Positions 39,733 through 48,944 of a stretch of 64,000 nucleotides of DNA are shown here, piece by piece; position 1 is the first letter of the stretch, and the number at the start of each line of letters is the position of its first letter. The position numbers and the translations under genes are program-made. The stretch is from a bacterium (GTDB lineage Bacteria; Cyanobacteriota; Vampirovibrionia; Gastranaerophilales; Gastranaerophilaceae), in NCBI GenBank assembly GCA_017942035.1, contig JAGAVG010000051.1, forward strand, positions 38,663 to 102,662, written 5' to 3'. The notes under the pieces are model-generated. The model did no database searches and had not been told where the DNA came from. It saw only the letters and a program-made list of their open reading frames with translations.

Positions 39733-40419
39733 TTAATCAGGAATTATTTTAACTACATCTTTTGCGGTTTTCTTTAGCAAATCAATGCCTACTCCACTGG
39801 TTATGCTGCCTGTAGAAGCTGTAGGAAGCATCGCAACGTGTAAAGCTTCACTTAAACCTCCATTATCATGTACGTTCCAATACTCGGCTTTCACTACATC
39901 TTCCGGTCTCGCGATAACATCATAACCGGATAGCGCAGATTGGCGGCAAGAGTTATTAGCCATATAATCCAGAACATTTTGCGGAAGATATTGAGACCCC
40001 AATGATGGAGCGTAAACTGCCTGATCCATCACTGATCCGGCAACACTTCCGGTTGAAGCAATTCCTGTTGAACATACACTTGACCCTAATCCTGCTCCAA
40101 CAGTGTGTACATTTTGAATTTCATTAGATTCCAATCTTGGCAAACCTTCAGATTCTACCAGGTTGCATACCGGTCTGGATACAAAATCTTCAGACATTGC
40201 ACTCGCTTCGTTAAAAGATTTGCTTGTTAACTCAAATGGATCCTTACCTTTTAACGCCGCAGATGGGCAAGATGCCGTTTCAACACCGCTCATAGATGTT
40301 GCACTCATACTTTTAGATATAATATTTGAGCCGTCACGAACATTTTCAGCTAAATTCCTAAAATCTCTTTTGTTAATTACAATTCTAGCTCCAAAACTCG
40401 GGGTATTATTTACTTGCAT
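39733..40419 (-). CDS. Small hypothetical protein, tandem paralog 2 (MQVNNTPSFGARIVINK...KIIPD). Start placed at the internal Met, not the ORF-track start at 40551.
   Basis: SD ggaaagg precedes the ATG at 40419. The region upstream of that start is nucleotide-similar to the upstream region of paralog 1. Confidence 0.5.
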   Translation of the reverse strand: MQVNNTPSFGARIVINKRDFRNLAENVRDGSNIISKSMSATSMSGVETASCPSAALKGKDPFELTSKSFNEASAMSEDFVSRPVCNLVESEGLPRLESNEIQNVHTVGAGLGSSVCSTGIASTGSVAGSVMDQAVYAPSLGSQYLPQNVLDYMANNSCRQSALSGYDVIARPEDVVKAEYWNVHDNGGLSEALHVAMLPTASTGSITSGVGIDLLKKTAKDVVKIIPD

Positions 40420-40540
40420 GTTTAACTTTCCTTTCCATTTTTTATAATATTTCAAAAAACAGACAGAAAAAAAATTGCTAGTATGTAATGAAATGTTAAG
40501 AAGTAAAATGATAGACTTACAAATTCGGGAAAGAAGATAA

Positions 40541-40614
40541 AACCATGTCATCCTGAACTTGTTTCAGGATCTCTGTATTATGAGATTCCGAAACAAGTTC
40601 GGAATGACATGGTT
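40541..40614. repeat. Composite inverted repeat: 11-bp outer stem enclosing two local palindromes (cctgaaN5ttcagg and ccgaaN5ttcgg).
   Basis: The arm aaccatgtcatcctgaacttgtttcagga and the reverse complement of tccgaaacaagttcggaatgacatggtt match at about 25 of 28 positions. Confidence 0.6.
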
Positions 40615-40692
40615 ATTACGTAAATTCATAGTGTCTCAGTATCTTAGTGCCTTTTATTTAATCGGATTGCCGTAATGACGAATTTCTCAATT

Positions 40693-40716
40693 AAAAAGGG
40701 GCTGTTCCCAACCCCT
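40693..40716 (-). terminator. Intrinsic terminator for the gene at 40766-41689.
   Basis: On the minus strand: ggggttgggaacagcccc hairpin followed by TTTTT. Confidence 0.5.
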
Positions 40717-40765
40717 CAGGCACACTTCACAATGCCTTTTCTACACTACACACTATTTATTATGC

Positions 40766-41689
40766 TTAATCTTTATTTGCTGTAAACACTGCGGCCAACA
40801 AGCCAACACCGGCACCGATTAGACCTGCAATGAACGGCTTGCTCTTGCATCCGATTTTGAAGGTTTTCATTAATGTGTTAGCTGATACTGCAACACCTGC
40901 GCCCAAAACCGTACCGCCTAAAATGTTACCGCCTATCTTTTTAGCGTTTTCGCTTCTGCCAACCGGTTGTCCGGTAAGTTCTGCGATGTTTTGCTCGGCC
41001 GTTTTCTTATCGGCAATTCCAAGAGTTAATGTCTGCAAGAACCCTTGATAGAATGAGCTGTTGCCGTATTTTCTTATATCATCTGTTATTGTTGAACCAA
41101 ATTGTCTTTGATAAAGCATTGCGGCTCTGTTTTTAATCTGCTGCGGATCGCTGTCGCCATATAGCGCACCAACTGCGGAATAATAATGTTCCAGTGATTC
41201 TCTTATTTGCTGCTGCTCATTTGCCTTAATCTTTTCATTAAGATGTTCAGCCGCAATATTAACACCTTCTTCCGGAGAATTCAGGCTCATTTCAGCGTTT
41301 CGCATTTTTTGACGATTTTTGAGCTGGTAATTAATCATGAAGTCCTGATTTTTATCCATATAGTCAAAATAAGCTTCCTGATAGCCGCCCATTCCGCCGA
41401 ATGGTACCATTGTACCCATACCCATCGGCATTGTTCCCATTCCGGAAGTTGCGATGTCGCCGGTTACTGATCCGCCTGATAGTGCTGACCCGTCCATTCC
41501 GCCACCGAAAATGCTTCCGTTCATACTCATCGGGTTTATTCCCATTCCAGCCTGCCATCCCATCATTTGCGGATATTCAGACATTCCTGTCAAGTCATTC
41601 AGCATTACTGATGTCGCATAACTGTTATATAATCCGCCCGGGAAAAATCCTAAGCCGTTTATTCCAGCCGCATTTGCACTGCTTGTCAT
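40766..41689 (-). CDS. Hypothetical tail-anchored protein with a G/M-rich low-complexity N-terminal region.
   Basis: MGWQAGMGINPMSMNGSIFGGGMDG...GMGTMPMGMGTMVPFGGMGGY, then a Q/K/E helical region. C-terminal TM segment FIAGLIGAGVGLLAAVF. Confidence 0.5.
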   Translation of the reverse strand: MTSSANAAGINGLGFFPGGLYNSYATSVMLNDLTGMSEYPQMMGWQAGMGINPMSMNGSIFGGGMDGSALSGGSVTGDIATSGMGTMPMGMGTMVPFGGMGGYQEAYFDYMDKNQDFMINYQLKNRQKMRNAEMSLNSPEEGVNIAAEHLNEKIKANEQQQIRESLEHYYSAVGALYGDSDPQQIKNRAAMLYQRQFGSTITDDIRKYGNSSFYQGFLQTLTLGIADKKTAEQNIAELTGQPVGRSENAKKIGGNILGGTVLGAGVAVSANTLMKTFKIGCKSKPFIAGLIGAGVGLLAAVFTANKD

Positions 41690-41870
41690 AACCTAACCTC
41701 CAAATTAAATTTTCTAACCTACCTTACTTATATAAACAATTTTTATCTTCTAAAATTGCGTATTTTAAAAATTATAGCTTTACAAAAGTTAATATTTGTC
41801 GAAAATGTAAAATTGTAACGCATTTGACTGAGGGGTAAAAATATAGTAATATCGGTGATAGAGGATAATT

Positions 41871-42980
41871 ATGCTAAAGAAGATTTTGTCATTTTTAATA
41901 TTTATAATATTTTGTGCCGGCCTTGCATTTGCATTGTTCAAGTATCCTGAATTTTTCAAGCGTCAGGTGAATAAGGTTCAGGGAGTGTATTATATTTATC
42001 AGGGTGACAGGCAGTACCGCAAATGGAACCTTCAAAGGGCGATAAGATATTACCAAAACGGGCTGAGGCTTTACCCTTCTCATTACACGGCCTGGACAAA
42101 TTTAGGGAATATATATATTGCTTATGAGGACTACTATTCCGCGACGGATGCTTACGAGGAGGCAATAAAATATAATCCGAAATATGTTGTTGCAAGGATG
42201 AATTATGGAATTGTTTCAACAGAAAAACTCGGCGATTTTGATGGTGCAATTGAACAATACAACGCAATTTTAGATACTAAACGCAGATTGCTTTCAATTC
42301 CGTTTATTTATAACAACAGAAGAAGTACAAAGGCAAACAAAGGGCTTGCCTACTACAATCGAGGTGTAGCATATAAACAAAAATCGCTCTATACAAGCGA
42401 TACGGATTGGGAATTAAAGCGTCAATATTTAAAAGATGCGCTAGAGTCTTATATTTCCGCCTCAAAAATTCTCAAAAAAGATTATGATACAAGATACAAT
42501 CTGGCGCTGGCACAGCATTTGCTGGGAGATTACCATGATGCCGGCTTGAATTATTGCAGGGCAATTGAGCTTGCTCCTATGAATTATGATGCCCATTACA
42601 ATCTCGCTATACTTTTAAAACATTTGAGATACTATAAAGAATCGCTCAATGAACTTGAAAAAGCCACGAATTTGATTACAAACAGTGAAGGTGCGACTAA
42701 TCGCCAGCGTTATATTTTTGATGTTATGAATGATGTGACAAAGATTGTTCTTGCCCAGTCTGAAAACAGTTTAGTAGAAAATCTTGACGGAACACCGGCA
42801 CAAGCCGACGGTTCCGAATTAACCATGGTTGGCGGCAAACTTGTAAAAGCGGAGGATTTAGATAAAGCAATGCTGAAAAACTTCCGCACCTGTCAGGCAA
42901 GAAAAATATTTAAAGAAGATATCACGGAAGATTACGATTCGCTGGATTTGGACAGTCACGCACCGGTTAGACTGCCGTAA
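41871..42980 (+). CDS. TPR-repeat protein with an N-terminal membrane anchor.
   Basis: Several W/Y-x-x-LG-x-Y and A-x-x-YN-x-A TPR-like units. Confidence 0.7.
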   Translation: MLKKILSFLIFIIFCAGLAFALFKYPEFFKRQVNKVQGVYYIYQGDRQYRKWNLQRAIRYYQNGLRLYPSHYTAWTNLGNIYIAYEDYYSATDAYEEAIKYNPKYVVARMNYGIVSTEKLGDFDGAIEQYNAILDTKRRLLSIPFIYNNRRSTKANKGLAYYNRGVAYKQKSLYTSDTDWELKRQYLKDALESYISASKILKKDYDTRYNLALAQHLLGDYHDAGLNYCRAIELAPMNYDAHYNLAILLKHLRYYKESLNELEKATNLITNSEGATNRQRYIFDVMNDVTKIVLAQSENSLVENLDGTPAQADGSELTMVGGKLVKAEDLDKAMLKNFRTCQARKIFKEDITEDYDSLDLDSHAPVRLP

Positions 42981-42985
42981 AAAAC

Positions 42986-43018
42986 AAGCCGGCAAAAGGT
43001 ATGCCAGCTTATTTTTTT
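42986..43018. terminator. Bidirectional intrinsic terminator.
   Basis: aagccggcaaaaggtatgccagctt hairpin flanked by aaaaa and ttttttt. Confidence 0.6.
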
Positions 43019-43039
43019 ATTATTCCTACACATTTATCC

Positions 43040-43882
43040 TTACCCCTTTACGGCGCCTTCATTTTCACCTGAAATGAAATATCTTTGCATAGCTAGGAAA
43101 AAGATTAAAATCGGGATGGTTGCAAGGATTGAACCGGCCGCAATAAAGCGCCAGTTTGACGAGAACATTCCCTGTAAATTGTTAACTCCAACCGGAAGAG
43201 TGTACATGCTTTCTTTGGTTAAAACAATGCTCGGCCACAAAAATTCGCCCCAGGAACCGATAAATGTAAAGATTGCAAGCACTGCAAGCGACGGTTTTAC
43301 CATCGGTATAAGCACTTTTGTAAACACCTGCCAAACATTGCATCCATCCACAATCGCGGCCTCTTCCATTTCTTTCGGAATTCCTAAAAATGCCTGACGC
43401 ATTAGAAAAATTCCAAACGCACTCACTGCAAATGGCAATATCAGCCCCATAAATCCTGAAAAATCGGAAATGTTATCCGTCAAATTAAGTTTTAATGTAA
43501 TTATATAAACCGGCAGCATAATCGCTTGAAACGGAATCATAATCGTTGCCAGAATTGCGAAAAATGCTGTTTTTTTGCCTTTAAAATTCATTCTAGCAAG
43601 CGGGTATCCTGCCATTGCGGAAAGTATCAGGTTTAAAAATACGGTTCCGCCTGCAACAACCATACTATTAATAAAATACCTTATAAAATCAACCTGTTTC
43701 CACACACCGGTATAATTTGCCCAGGTGAAATCCGAAGGTATAATTTTCGGCGGATATGCAAAAATATTCTCATTTACGCCTTTCAATGACGTCGAAATCA
43801 GCCATATAAAAGGAAATATCGAAAGAAGCGATACAAATATTAAAATTGAATGCGTTGTAATTTTTTCTATTAATTTTTTCAT
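43040..43882 (-). CDS. Carbohydrate ABC transporter permease (MalG/AraQ-like).
   Basis: 6 TM segments. EAA loop EAAIVDGCNVWQVFTKVLIPMVKP. Confidence 0.8.
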   Translation of the reverse strand: MKKLIEKITTHSILIFVSLLSIFPFIWLISTSLKGVNENIFAYPPKIIPSDFTWANYTGVWKQVDFIRYFINSMVVAGGTVFLNLILSAMAGYPLARMNFKGKKTAFFAILATIMIPFQAIMLPVYIITLKLNLTDNISDFSGFMGLILPFAVSAFGIFLMRQAFLGIPKEMEEAAIVDGCNVWQVFTKVLIPMVKPSLAVLAIFTFIGSWGEFLWPSIVLTKESMYTLPVGVNNLQGMFSSNWRFIAAGSILATIPILIFFLAMQRYFISGENEGAVKG

Positions 43883-44751
43883 ATTTGATATTTGTTCCTT
43901 TCAAAACAGAAAATATTTATAAGCGAAAATATCATTACGATTACAAGCAAAACAACCGCCATAGCTGACGCGTAACCTAAATCCAGATTTTCAAACGCTC
44001 TTTCGTAAATATAATACACAATGGTTTTGCTGGAATTCAGCGGGCCTCCTTTAGTCATAACGTAAATTTCAGCGAAAACTTTCATTGCTGATATCGCGGA
44101 AATCGTTGAGACAAGAGCGATTGTCGGCATAATATGCGGAATTGTAACTGTTAAATGTTTGGTTAAGAAATTCGCTCCGTCGATGTCGCAAGCTTCATAA
44201 AGTTCTTTTGGCACACTCATCAACGCCGCAAGATAAATTATCATATAATACCCGATACCCTTCCAAATAGTAACGAGAATAACCGAATATATCGCCCATT
44301 TCGGGTCTGTAAGCCAGCCAATTGCATTAAAACCTAAAGAGGTTACTACATAGTTCAAAATGCCTTCCTGAGCATAAAGCCACTTAAAAGCAATTGCCGC
44401 AACAACAATGGATACGATTACCGGAAGATAAATAAGTATTTTGTATAAAGTTACACCGCGGATTTTTTGATTGATTAACACCGCAAGAAAAAGCGGAAAT
44501 ATTACAAGCACCGGAACTGCGGCAAATAAATATATAAATGTGTTTAAAAGAACTTTATAAAACACCGGACTTTGAAAAAGCTTTGTGTAATTTTCTATCC
44601 CGACAAAGTTTGGCATATAAATATTTGTTGAATAATCCTGAAAACTTAGAATTATTGTCTGAAAAAACGGAATAAAAAAGAATATTACAAGCAGTACAAA
44701 CGCCGGCAATAAAAACAAATAAGGTGCATATTTACCATAATACTTAAACAT
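43879..44751 (-). CDS. Carbohydrate ABC transporter permease (MalF/AraP-like).
   Basis: EAA loop EACDIDGANFLTKHLTVTIP. Overlaps the downstream permease by 4 nt. Confidence 0.8.
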   Translation of the reverse strand: MFKYYGKYAPYLFLLPAFVLLVIFFFIPFFQTIILSFQDYSTNIYMPNFVGIENYTKLFQSPVFYKVLLNTFIYLFAAVPVLVIFPLFLAVLINQKIRGVTLYKILIYLPVIVSIVVAAIAFKWLYAQEGILNYVVTSLGFNAIGWLTDPKWAIYSVILVTIWKGIGYYMIIYLAALMSVPKELYEACDIDGANFLTKHLTVTIPHIMPTIALVSTISAISAMKVFAEIYVMTKGGPLNSSKTIVYYIYERAFENLDLGYASAMAVVLLVIVMIFSLINIFCFERNKYQI

Positions 44752-44865
44752 AAAGCCATTATAATAAAGAATACAATATTTGGCAATGTTTGTTATTATT
44801 TCAATCCTTTATATTATTTATAAGGTTTATGTAAAACTTTTGTAAGGATTTAAAAATTTGATTTT

Positions 44866-44889
44866 TTCAATGCTATAATATACGGTATA
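44866..44889 (+). promoter_or_regulatory. Candidate sigma-70 promoter with an extended -10 (tgctataat) upstream of glmS.
   Basis: TGnTATAAT at 44881-44889. The -35 is not well defined. Confidence 0.3.
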
Positions 44890-44920
44890 GTTGATTAATT
44901 ATTAATGGAGAGATTATATA

Positions 44921-46765
44921 ATGTGTGGAATAGTAGGATATGTAGGATTAAAACCGGTTGCAGATATTCTTGTTGACGGTTTGGAACAGTTGGAATACAG
45001 AGGGTATGATTCTTCAGGGATTGCCGTGAAAACTGACAGTAAGATTGCAGTATACAAAGCCGAAGGTAAGCTTCAAAATCTAAAAGATGTTTTAAGAGCT
45101 CATACTTCTGAAATTACTACTGCAACAATGGGTATTGGTCATATTCGCTGGGCAACCCATGGGGCGCCGACTGTTGTTAATGCTCATCCGCACACTTGTA
45201 ACTGCGGTAGTCTCGTTATTGTACACAACGGAATTATTGAAAATTACAAAGAATTAAAAGAAAAAATGGAAAAATTAGGTTGTGTTTTCAAGTCTCAAAC
45301 TGATACAGAAACCGTAGCTCATTTAATTGCGCATAAATACGCTCAGACTAAAGATTTAACTAAAGCCGTAAGCCTTGCCGCTCAAGAAATAGAAGGGGCT
45401 TATGCTTTATGTGTGATGCATAATGATTTGAAAAATACTCTTGTCGTAACAAAAAGAAATGCACCGCTTGTTATCGGGGTTGGAGAAGGCGAATATTTTG
45501 TCGCTTCTGACGTTCCGGCAATTATTAAACATACTAAAAAAGCGATTTATTTAAATGATAATCAGATTGCAACTTTAACTCCTGATAGTTTAAAACTTAT
45601 CAATTCTAATGGTGAAGAGTTGTCTCCAAAGGTTGAAGTTCTTCCATGGGAGCCGGTTGCATTGAGCAAAATGGGTTATAAACATTTTATGCTCAAAGAA
45701 ATTCACGAACAGCCTGACGTTATCAGAAATATCCTTTTTGGAAAACTTCATACACCGGCAGAGCCTATTATTCTGGATGAAGTTAAATTAACTCAAAAAG
45801 ATTTGAAAGACCTTAACAGAATTCAGATTGTCGCCTGCGGAACATCTTTGCATGCCGCTATGGTCGGAAAATATTTGATAGAACAGTTTTGTAATATTCC
45901 GGTTGATGTTGAAGCGTCAAGCGAGTATATTTACCGCCATACAGTAACCGATGAACACACTCTTGTTGTCGGTGTTTCTCAATCCGGCGAGACTGCTGAT
46001 ACAATCACGGCGATTAAACAATCTCAAGCAAGAGGTTCGCATATTTTGATTATTACAAACCGTCCGGATTCAGCTATGGCAAGACTTGCGGACAGTTTAA
46101 TACCTGTTAATGCCGGTATTGAAGTTTCAGTTGCGGCGACAAAATCTTATATTGCTCAGTTGATTTCATTCTATCTTCTGGCTTTGTATCTTGCGGAAGC
46201 TAAAGGCAGTCTTGATAAATCCGCGCTTGAAAGTTTTAAGGCAGAAATGATGCTTTTGCCGCAAAAAGTTGAACAGGTTCTTGGAACAACTGATGATATT
46301 CAAAGATGCGCACGAGTTTATTCAAGCACGAAAGATTTTATCTATATAGCAAGAGGTATAAATTACCCGACCGCGCTTGAAGGTGCCCTGAAATTGAAAG
46401 AGATAAGTTATATCAATGCAACAGGTTATCCGGCTGGAGAATTGAAACATGGCCCGATTGCAATGCTTGATGAGACCATGCCTGTATTATCAATATTGAT
46501 GAACGGATCAGTTTACGAAAAACTTTTATCAAATAGTGAAGAGGCTAAAGCTCGTAATGCGAGAATGATTGCGCTGACAAATTCAAAAGATAAAAAAGTA
46601 GAAGAATTGTTTGATAATATAATAAGGGTTCCGGATGTTCAGGAACTGTTTTCTCCGGTAATCGCAATGATTCCGCTGCAACTTTTGGCTTATTATATCG
46701 CAGAGTTCTTAGGTAAGGATGTCGATCAGCCGCGAAACCTTGCAAAATCAGTAACAGTGGAATAA
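44921..46765 (+). CDS. glmS: Glutamine--fructose-6-phosphate aminotransferase.
   Basis: MCGIVGYVG N-terminal nucleophile, two SIS domains, C-terminal KSVTVE, 614 aa. Confidence 0.95.
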   Translation: MCGIVGYVGLKPVADILVDGLEQLEYRGYDSSGIAVKTDSKIAVYKAEGKLQNLKDVLRAHTSEITTATMGIGHIRWATHGAPTVVNAHPHTCNCGSLVIVHNGIIENYKELKEKMEKLGCVFKSQTDTETVAHLIAHKYAQTKDLTKAVSLAAQEIEGAYALCVMHNDLKNTLVVTKRNAPLVIGVGEGEYFVASDVPAIIKHTKKAIYLNDNQIATLTPDSLKLINSNGEELSPKVEVLPWEPVALSKMGYKHFMLKEIHEQPDVIRNILFGKLHTPAEPIILDEVKLTQKDLKDLNRIQIVACGTSLHAAMVGKYLIEQFCNIPVDVEASSEYIYRHTVTDEHTLVVGVSQSGETADTITAIKQSQARGSHILIITNRPDSAMARLADSLIPVNAGIEVSVAATKSYIAQLISFYLLALYLAEAKGSLDKSALESFKAEMMLLPQKVEQVLGTTDDIQRCARVYSSTKDFIYIARGINYPTALEGALKLKEISYINATGYPAGELKHGPIAMLDETMPVLSILMNGSVYEKLLSNSEEAKARNARMIALTNSKDKKVEELFDNIIRVPDVQELFSPVIAMIPLQLLAYYIAEFLGKDVDQPRNLAKSVTVE

Positions 46766-46766
46766 A

Positions 46767-46925
46767 AATGATTAAATCAGACATTGTAAAAATAAAGAAA
46801 GTTGATAATTTCGATAATTTATATATTGAAACCGAACTCGAAAAGTGTTTTAAATCTATTATTCGCTGGGCGATTACCGAAGTTGATTTCCAAAATCTAA
46901 CCGTCAGCGTTTCTTATGAGGCTTA
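46767..46925 (+). CDS. Small 52-aa ORF translationally coupled to the glmS stop (gaataaaaatg).
   Basis: MIKSDIVKIKKVDNFDNLYIETELEKCFKSIIRWAITEVDFQNLTVSVSYEA. Absent from the ORF track because it is shorter than 60 aa. Confidence 0.3.
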
Positions 46926-47140
46926 AAACGAATCGAGATTTAGTGATTATTCAGTTGGAGATTTTATAAACTGGTTTATAAATAAATATACTAATTAACA
47001 CATCTTCACACATAATTTGCTTTTAAAAGTTGTCTGGTGTACACTTTTTATTAATGTGCCGGGTCGGAATTAAAAACCTTACCGGTAGGGTTGACGGTGA
47101 TAAGGTTCGCCGGGCCTGAATACAAATTAAGGAGAAAAAG

Positions 47141-48415
47141 ATGACACCAAAAAACTTTTTATTCACTTCAGAATCTGTTACTGAAGGACACCCCGACAAA
47201 GTTTGCGATCAGATTTCTGATGCAATCCTGGATGAATTTTTGACAAAGTATCCGCAGTCACGTGTTGCCGCTGAAACTACTGTTACTACCGGCATGGCGC
47301 TTGTTTGCGGTGAAATTACATCAGACTGCTATGTTGATATTCCGTCTGTTGTTAGAAATACTATCAAAAATATTGGTTATGACGAAAAATCAGGCGGTGG
47401 TTTTGATTACAAAAACTGTGCAGTATTAACAAGTATTGACGAACAGTCTACTGATATTGCTGGCGGAGTTAACAAAGCTTACGAAACCAGATCTGATAAT
47501 GCTGATACTTCTGTTTCCGAAACTGAAAATATCGGAGCAGGCGATCAGGGTATTATGTTCGGTTACGCTTGTAACGAAACCCCTGAACTTATGCCGTTGC
47601 CTATCAGTTTGGCTCACAAACTTTCATATAGACTCGCTCAGGTTAGAAAACAGGGTATTTTAAACTACCTCAGACCGGATGGAAAATCTCAGGTTACCGT
47701 TGAATATGTTGACGGCAAACCTGCTAAAATCCACACCGTTCTTCTTTCAACCCAGCATGATTCTGAAATCAACGGCGTTTCTGACAATTCAAAAGTTCAA
47801 GAAATTATCAGAAATGATTTGAAAAAATACGTTATTGATTATGTATTTGAAAACGAAGAAATCAAACTTTCTTCTGACACAAAAATCTTAATCAACCCTT
47901 CTGGACGTTTCGTAATCGGAGGCCCTCAGGGTGATGCAGGTTTAACAGGACGTAAGATTATTGTTGACACTTACGGCGGATATTCTCGTCACGGCGGCGG
48001 AGCTTTCTCCGGAAAAGATCCGACAAAAGTTGACAGATCAGCAGCTTACGCATCCCGTTACGTTGCAAAAAACATCGTTGCCGCTGGATTGGCTGAAAAA
48101 TGCGAAATCGAACTTGCTTACGCAATCGGTGTTGCAGAACCTATCTCAATTCTTGTGGATACTTTCGGAACAGGTAAAATTTCTGATGATGAAATTTCTA
48201 AACTTGTTTCTAAGAATTTTGACCTTAGACCGGCTGGTATTCTTGCCGCATTCGATTTGAGAAATCTTCCAGCTAAAAACGGCGGTAAGTTCTACCAAAA
48301 ATTAGCTGCTTATGGTCACATGGGAAGAACTGATTTTGACGTTCCTTGGGAACATGTTGATAAAGCTGAAACCTTGAAGGCTCAAGCTTGCTCTTGCGGC
48401 TGTGCTTGTCATTAA
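47141..48415 (+). CDS. metK: S-adenosylmethionine synthetase with an unusual Cys-rich C-terminal tail.
   Basis: [16 protein letters not shown] and [19 protein letters not shown] motifs. Tail [11 protein letters not shown]. Confidence 0.95.
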   Translation: MTPKNFLFTSESVTEGHPDKVCDQISDAILDEFLTKYPQSRVAAETTVTTGMALVCGEITSDCYVDIPSVVRNTIKNIGYDEKSGGGFDYKNCAVLTSIDEQSTDIAGGVNKAYETRSDNADTSVSETENIGAGDQGIMFGYACNETPELMPLPISLAHKLSYRLAQVRKQGILNYLRPDGKSQVTVEYVDGKPAKIHTVLLSTQHDSEINGVSDNSKVQEIIRNDLKKYVIDYVFENEEIKLSSDTKILINPSGRFVIGGPQGDAGLTGRKIIVDTYGGYSRHGGGAFSGKDPTKVDRSAAYASRYVAKNIVAAGLAEKCEIELAYAIGVAEPISILVDTFGTGKISDDEISKLVSKNFDLRPAGILAAFDLRNLPAKNGGKFYQKLAAYGHMGRTDFDVPWEHVDKAETLKAQACSCGCACH

Positions 48416-48442
48416 GCTGATAAAAATATCTAATAATATAAA

Positions 48443-48473
48443 ATCCGGAAGTTTATTGCTCTCCGGATTTTTT
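48443..48473 (+). terminator. Intrinsic terminator after metK.
   Basis: atccggaagtttattgctctccggat followed by ttttt. Confidence 0.6.
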
Positions 48474-48564
48474 AATTATGCTAATTACTCCTCTTTATAG
48501 TATTGTTTTTATTTTATTTGTTTGTTAGCATAGTTGATATAATAGATTAATAAGGGTATAAAAT

Positions 48565-48909
48565 ATGAACTTAAGAAATGAACGAGTTAGAAAAGAATTG
48601 ATGCGCGACATATCTGAAATTTTGCAAAGAGAAATCAGAGGGCTTGCCGGTGTCGTATCGGTTGTGGACATTGAGGTTTCGCATGATAATTCTTTTGCGA
48701 AAGTTATCTATAGCGTTTTAGGCTCGGAAGAGCAAATCGAAAAAACTAAAGAAGTTATCGAAAAAAATACGCCGAAAATCAGATTTGAAGTCGGCAAACG
48801 TATAAGACTCAGACTTACTCCGGAATTAAGGTTTGTTTATACCGATTCTTTAGAAAAAGGTTCAAGAGTAAGCGAAATTATTGACAAGATTTCACGCGGT
48901 GAATTATAA
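48565..48909 (+). CDS. rbfA: Ribosome-binding factor A.
   Basis: RVRKELMRDISEILQREIRG...VVDIEVSHDNSFAKVIYSV. Confidence 0.85.
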   Translation: MNLRNERVRKELMRDISEILQREIRGLAGVVSVVDIEVSHDNSFAKVIYSVLGSEEQIEKTKEVIEKNTPKIRFEVGKRIRLRLTPELRFVYTDSLEKGSRVSEIIDKISRGEL

Positions 48910-48944
48910 ATCCGGCGTAGGATTGTAATAGTAGAGGGAGTATT

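Noticed and set aside
44752-44920. Possible glmS ribozyme upstream of glmS.
   Set aside because: The spacer is AT-rich and unstructured with no ribozyme core. Only a promoter-like extended -10 is present.
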